64,000 nucleotides of DNA from Lepidodermella squamata (lineage: Eukaryota > Animalia > Gastrotricha). A model generated the notes under the pieces. The model made no database searches. It worked only from the letters and a program-made list of their open reading frames with translations, and was not told the origin of the DNA. Shown here one piece after another: positions 60,214 to 64,000 of the stretch; the first letter of the stretch is position 1; every line of letters starts with the position of its first letter. The translations under genes were made by a program, and so were the position numbers. The stretch is taken from contig JBLDXI010000004.1 of the NCBI GenBank assembly GCA_047495785.1, forward strand, positions 434,001 through 498,000, given 5' to 3'.

Positions 60214-60751
60214 CAGTAGAAGCTATATAATCCGAACCCCAGCAATGCGGACAGCGGGCTAGTCCAGACGATTTTAGGGCGACGGACAGAGTTTACGTTA
60301 TAACATGCGGACATCGCGCTCTTTAAGGCGGACAGCTTCTTAATGCGGACGCGTGCTAATACGGCCAGTTTTCTAGCTACAGTCGCACTGTCCATATGGG
60401 TATTTTAGGCTCTTTAGGACACCACTCAACTCCATGTCTCCGAGTGGATTAGGGATATTGTCACAAATCTTCGCTTACTTGGCGAAATTATTTGCAAATT
60501 AGTTGCAAATTATGTGTAAAAACCACTCAAATCTAATTAAAGAGCGTGCCAATTAGAAAAGCAAACAATACCTGCGCGTAAAATGGGGCCTAATCCTGCC
60601 CGCTGAGGCCGTTTCAAGGGGCGCCTCGGAATATAGGGGATCGCCCAATGCGGACAGCGCGCTAATGCGAACAGCGCGCTAATGCGGACAGCGCGCTAAT
60701 GCGGACAAATTTTCCGCGACCGATGGTGTCCGGATTATACAGCTTCTACTG
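60214..60751. mobile_element. Tc1/mariner-pogo-type MITE
   Basis: TIR CAGTAGAAGCT(A/G)TATAATCCG, TA TSD, internal 17-nt tandem AATGCGGACAGCGCGCT. Confidence 0.85.
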
Positions 60752-61694
60752 TAAAATAACAATTTTAAAGAAATCGGCAAAACCGCTTCTTTTCATGTCG
60801 AAACCCCCCTTAGAAACCTAGGAGGAGGTAGTTTTTCACGAGGAATCGGAATCTGCTTTCGAGTAACACATAGCACATAGAATTACTCGGTTTTTTGCGT
60901 AGAATCTCGTGGAATTGTCAGATTGGGGATACGAGTTGATAGTAATGCTGGGAGCGCGTTCAAAACAAGACTATCTGATTATGATTTTACTTGAATTTAA
61001 TACAGCGCCCACGATTAATCGATTCGATTTGTCGGGCGATTCGATTGAACATTTAATCGCGATTAACACGATTCGATTATCGAAGTTTAAATCGAAGTTT
61101 AATCGATTAAAGAAAAAATAATCGGCGCGCATCACTATTCACGACAAGCAGGCTCTTTCGAAGACCACGCTTTCTATAATTTTGTTAAATTACCGCGAAA
61201 CGCTGAAATAAAACGTCGTTGTGTTCAGCGGACCATGCTAATCGCTCCTAATTGGAGGGTCCGCTAATTGGAAGGTAAGCTGAATCCCTAACACCGCAGG
61301 TTGGGAAGGGGCGAAGAGGCCGTGAGTCAATTGTTATTGTGTCGTAGACAAAGGATTTACTTAGTAGAAACAACGTAAGCAGCTGAGAAGGTTTTACTTA
61401 TCTTCGAAATGTTGTTTCCTAAACTAATAACAGCGCAATTTCGCGAGCTTTAGTCGCTGTCCATATATCAATTAAGCTTGCACCCCAATACACGAGTCCA
61501 CCGTAACGCCGAGAATATCGGCCGATGTGAATTTGGACGATGTATGTATTGCAGCTGATTGAATGCCTTTGCAACAGAGACGGAAACTAGCGTAGGCAAA
61601 ACTAATCACACCTTGCTGTAAAATGCAAAAGCCAGCAATTAATGCTATTGTGTGATGACTTAATTTCAACTCACTATCGCCACAGTCGATATTT

Positions 61695-63372
61695 CGTTCG
61701 TGTTGCGACGTAAGAGACCTCGTTAGGCAGTACTTTCATGCTGTTTGTAATAAAATACTTGGTATAGCTACTTTTTATTTGCCGGTAATAGCATCATTAT
61801 TGCGGCGCATCCGATACCGAGCGGTTAAAACGCCTACCAGAATGCGTACTGCACACAAACGCTTCAGACAATTTCTCCGTTATCATGGCTAAATTCTTAA
61901 GATCAACCAAATTTATCTCCATCTTCCTTATTTCATAATCGTTCCGTTGGAGCGTAGTCTAGGATAATTCCATCAATTTTTCTCAAAATCCATAGGCTAA
62001 ATTCATAGGGTAAACTCTCTCTCTCTCTCTTATGTTCCACTTATTGTTCAAACATGACCAGAGTCTGCGTTTGAATGGGCATACTTTCATAGTTTCCCAT
62101 TCCCGGAGAATTTCCCAGGAATTATGGACCAGCTGAGCCAATGTTTCTACTGATTCTGATTCTGATACTGATTTTATTATGCATTTTGTTTCACAACAGT
62201 TAGCAATAGGTTAGTTCTCGGCGCCTCGCCTCAGAGGTCGTAAAATCCACTAGTTCATCTGACTTAGATTTAAGATATCGCAGAAACACAGTATGAGAAT
62301 TATTGACAATACTTGAGGGCAGCCGGTTCATGTTGAAAGGTCATGTTGAAAGCGTCTGATTTCAAGAGGACACAGTCCTAGTTTTTTACATCTTTCATAA
62401 TACGAGGCACCGTCAATCGATGAATAGTAGTCACTTCTATACAAAAGGCGTTTAGTGAACCGGGCTACTATTCAGCCCTTAAATCATGAAACTGCTAAGA
62501 AAGGACTTTTTACGCTATTGGTTTTAATATAATTTGCGGTTATCCTTCTCCATTATCTCGCATTTTGATATCCTTCTTAAATTTTTCGCTTGAAAAAGCG
62601 GTCACATCTTTTTCTGATCAATCGAATTTCATGTTTATCAAATATGAGCAGTTGATCTGTTGCAACAAACTGAACTAAAACCTTGCCCGAAGCTCGCGGA
62701 ATCGCTGAGATTTGCAGCCACACGAGGTCAATAGTAGAATCACACAAAGTTAACGAAGTTGGTAGCATTCAAGAATTGCTAGGATGACTTGTATTCCTGC
62801 ATCCTAAGAAAGATAGCGGATTGTCTTGATAATGTGATCTGGTTAGCAATTAGCAACGAAACCGCCGTATTTGAGGAATGCTTGACATGCAACTCGCTTG
62901 ACATTATTCGTATACGACAAAACGTGATCCACCATTCCAGTTTGGGTTTCACGATTTTTGCGCGGACTTCTTACGGAAATACTACGTCACATTTATTCCG
63001 ATGGTGCCGTCATCAATTCTTGAAAATTACTAGTTCATTTCGGTTTTAAGTGATACATTTTCAGAAGTCTTTACAGACCGCTTGTTTCCTAATTGCGAAA
63101 CTTCAAAGATTTATCCGCTAAAGCTTCCATGGACGAGATCTACTTCCAGTAATATTACGTGTTCACAAATATCATTCTATAATTTATCGTAGAATCAAAG
63201 GAGTTTTTTTAGAATGGCTCATTCTAAAATAGCTAATAATGATTCATTACTATCTTATTCCAATATCTCCCGAAGCTATCTAATTGTACATCTAATAGTA
63301 CAGTAATATTACATCCAATTAGCTGCTGTATTAAATTTTAATTTCTACATTGTTGATAGGATTATTTTACTT
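61695..63372. mobile_element. Second, inverted and internally deleted copy of the 55169-58276 element
   Basis: Starts ATTT|CGTTCGTGTTGCGACGTAAGAGACC; reverse-complement matches to 58060-58276, 57765-57820, 57120-57380 and 55760-56080; interrupted by the R2-like fragment. Confidence 0.85.
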
Positions 63373-64000
63373 AACCGAACCACTAATGATCGACGCTAAC
63401 AATCCCGCCCTCCAACCCGGCGAAATCATCAAATATTGGGGAACCGATTTCTCGGCCCTGATCGACTTCGATACCGCATCGGCTATCAGCAATCTGAATA
63501 AGAACTTGAATAAACTTGTCGCATGCACCTGGTTTCGCGGAGATCAAAAGCTCACGCGGCTGAACCAGTAAGTTTGGCCAACCCTCGTGTACCCTCTACA
63601 AACCGCACCGCTGAACAAGCTGCCGCGATCATGCCTGGAGAATGTGGACAAGATAGTCAGATCAGCCGTGAAGGGAGTGCTACTCCTGCCAACCCCGACA
63701 CCCGACGCATTCCTTTACGCCGCCAGGCGCTGCCGCGGACTCGCAATCAGGCGAGCATCGTGGGAGGCGTTCATCCAACACTACGCTATTTGCATGAAGC
63801 TTGCCTCGATCAACAACGACCAACTCGAGAAAGCTGACCCTACCCGACGACCGCCAGGCAACGAGCCGCGATCTCAGGAAACCGAAACGCGATTCGTGTT
63901 TTAAGGAGTGGTGTTCGAAACCCACAGGTGAGGGCGCTGTGTGATTCAAGGAATATCCCGCGGGTAACAACCTGATCCTGAATAAAACCGGCCTCTCGTC
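63373..64000 (+). mobile_element. 5'-truncated, degenerate R2/NeSL-like non-LTR retrotransposon (continues beyond window)
   Basis: IKYWG (thumb KYLG), KLTRLNQ*VWPTLVYPL, VDKIVRSAVKGVLLLPTPTPDAFLYAARRCRGLAI, KEWCSKPTGEG: post-RT motifs of RLE-class elements; stop and frameshift present. Confidence 0.75.

Noticed and set aside
61470-61570. CTPIHESTVTPRISADVNLDDVC as a displaced second half of module 6 of copy F
   Set aside because: Cys spacing is compatible but similarity is too weak to support by eye.
1-64000. tRNA, rRNA or snRNA genes, and a firm taxonomic assignment
   Set aside because: No RNA gene recognised; short introns and TTTCAG acceptors are nematode-like but not diagnostic.

Overview
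Eukaryotic (invertebrate-type) genomic DNA with very short introns (~45-60 nt, often TTTCAG/TTTTAG acceptors) and a dense load of transposons. Left end: a 5'-truncated but otherwise open Ty3/Gypsy element (gag zinc knuckle, -1 frameshift site, PR-RT-RH-IN pol) carrying an env-like ORF and a fourth ORF. Next is a multi-exon EGF/C-type-lectin gene. The core of the window is a tandem cluster of at least six paralogous secreted-protein genes (10.8-12.6, 32.6-38.5, 44.3-46.2, 47.0-49.9, 50.6-54.2, 58.3-59.5 kb). They are built from 5-6 copies of a 4-cysteine module I do not recognise (R-C-x8-10-C-x6-C-x16-26-C), followed by 1-2 non-canonical C-type lectin domains, and part of the cluster is co-duplicated with a small two-finger C2H2 gene. 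The cluster is invaded by an 11.7-kb CACTA/EnSpm element holding a nested intact CR1/L2-type LINE, a 3.9-kb foldback element, a 3.1-kb TIR element present twice, RTE and R2-like LINE fragments, and many MITEs with readable TSDs. All exon models and alignments were made by eye; no database search was run.
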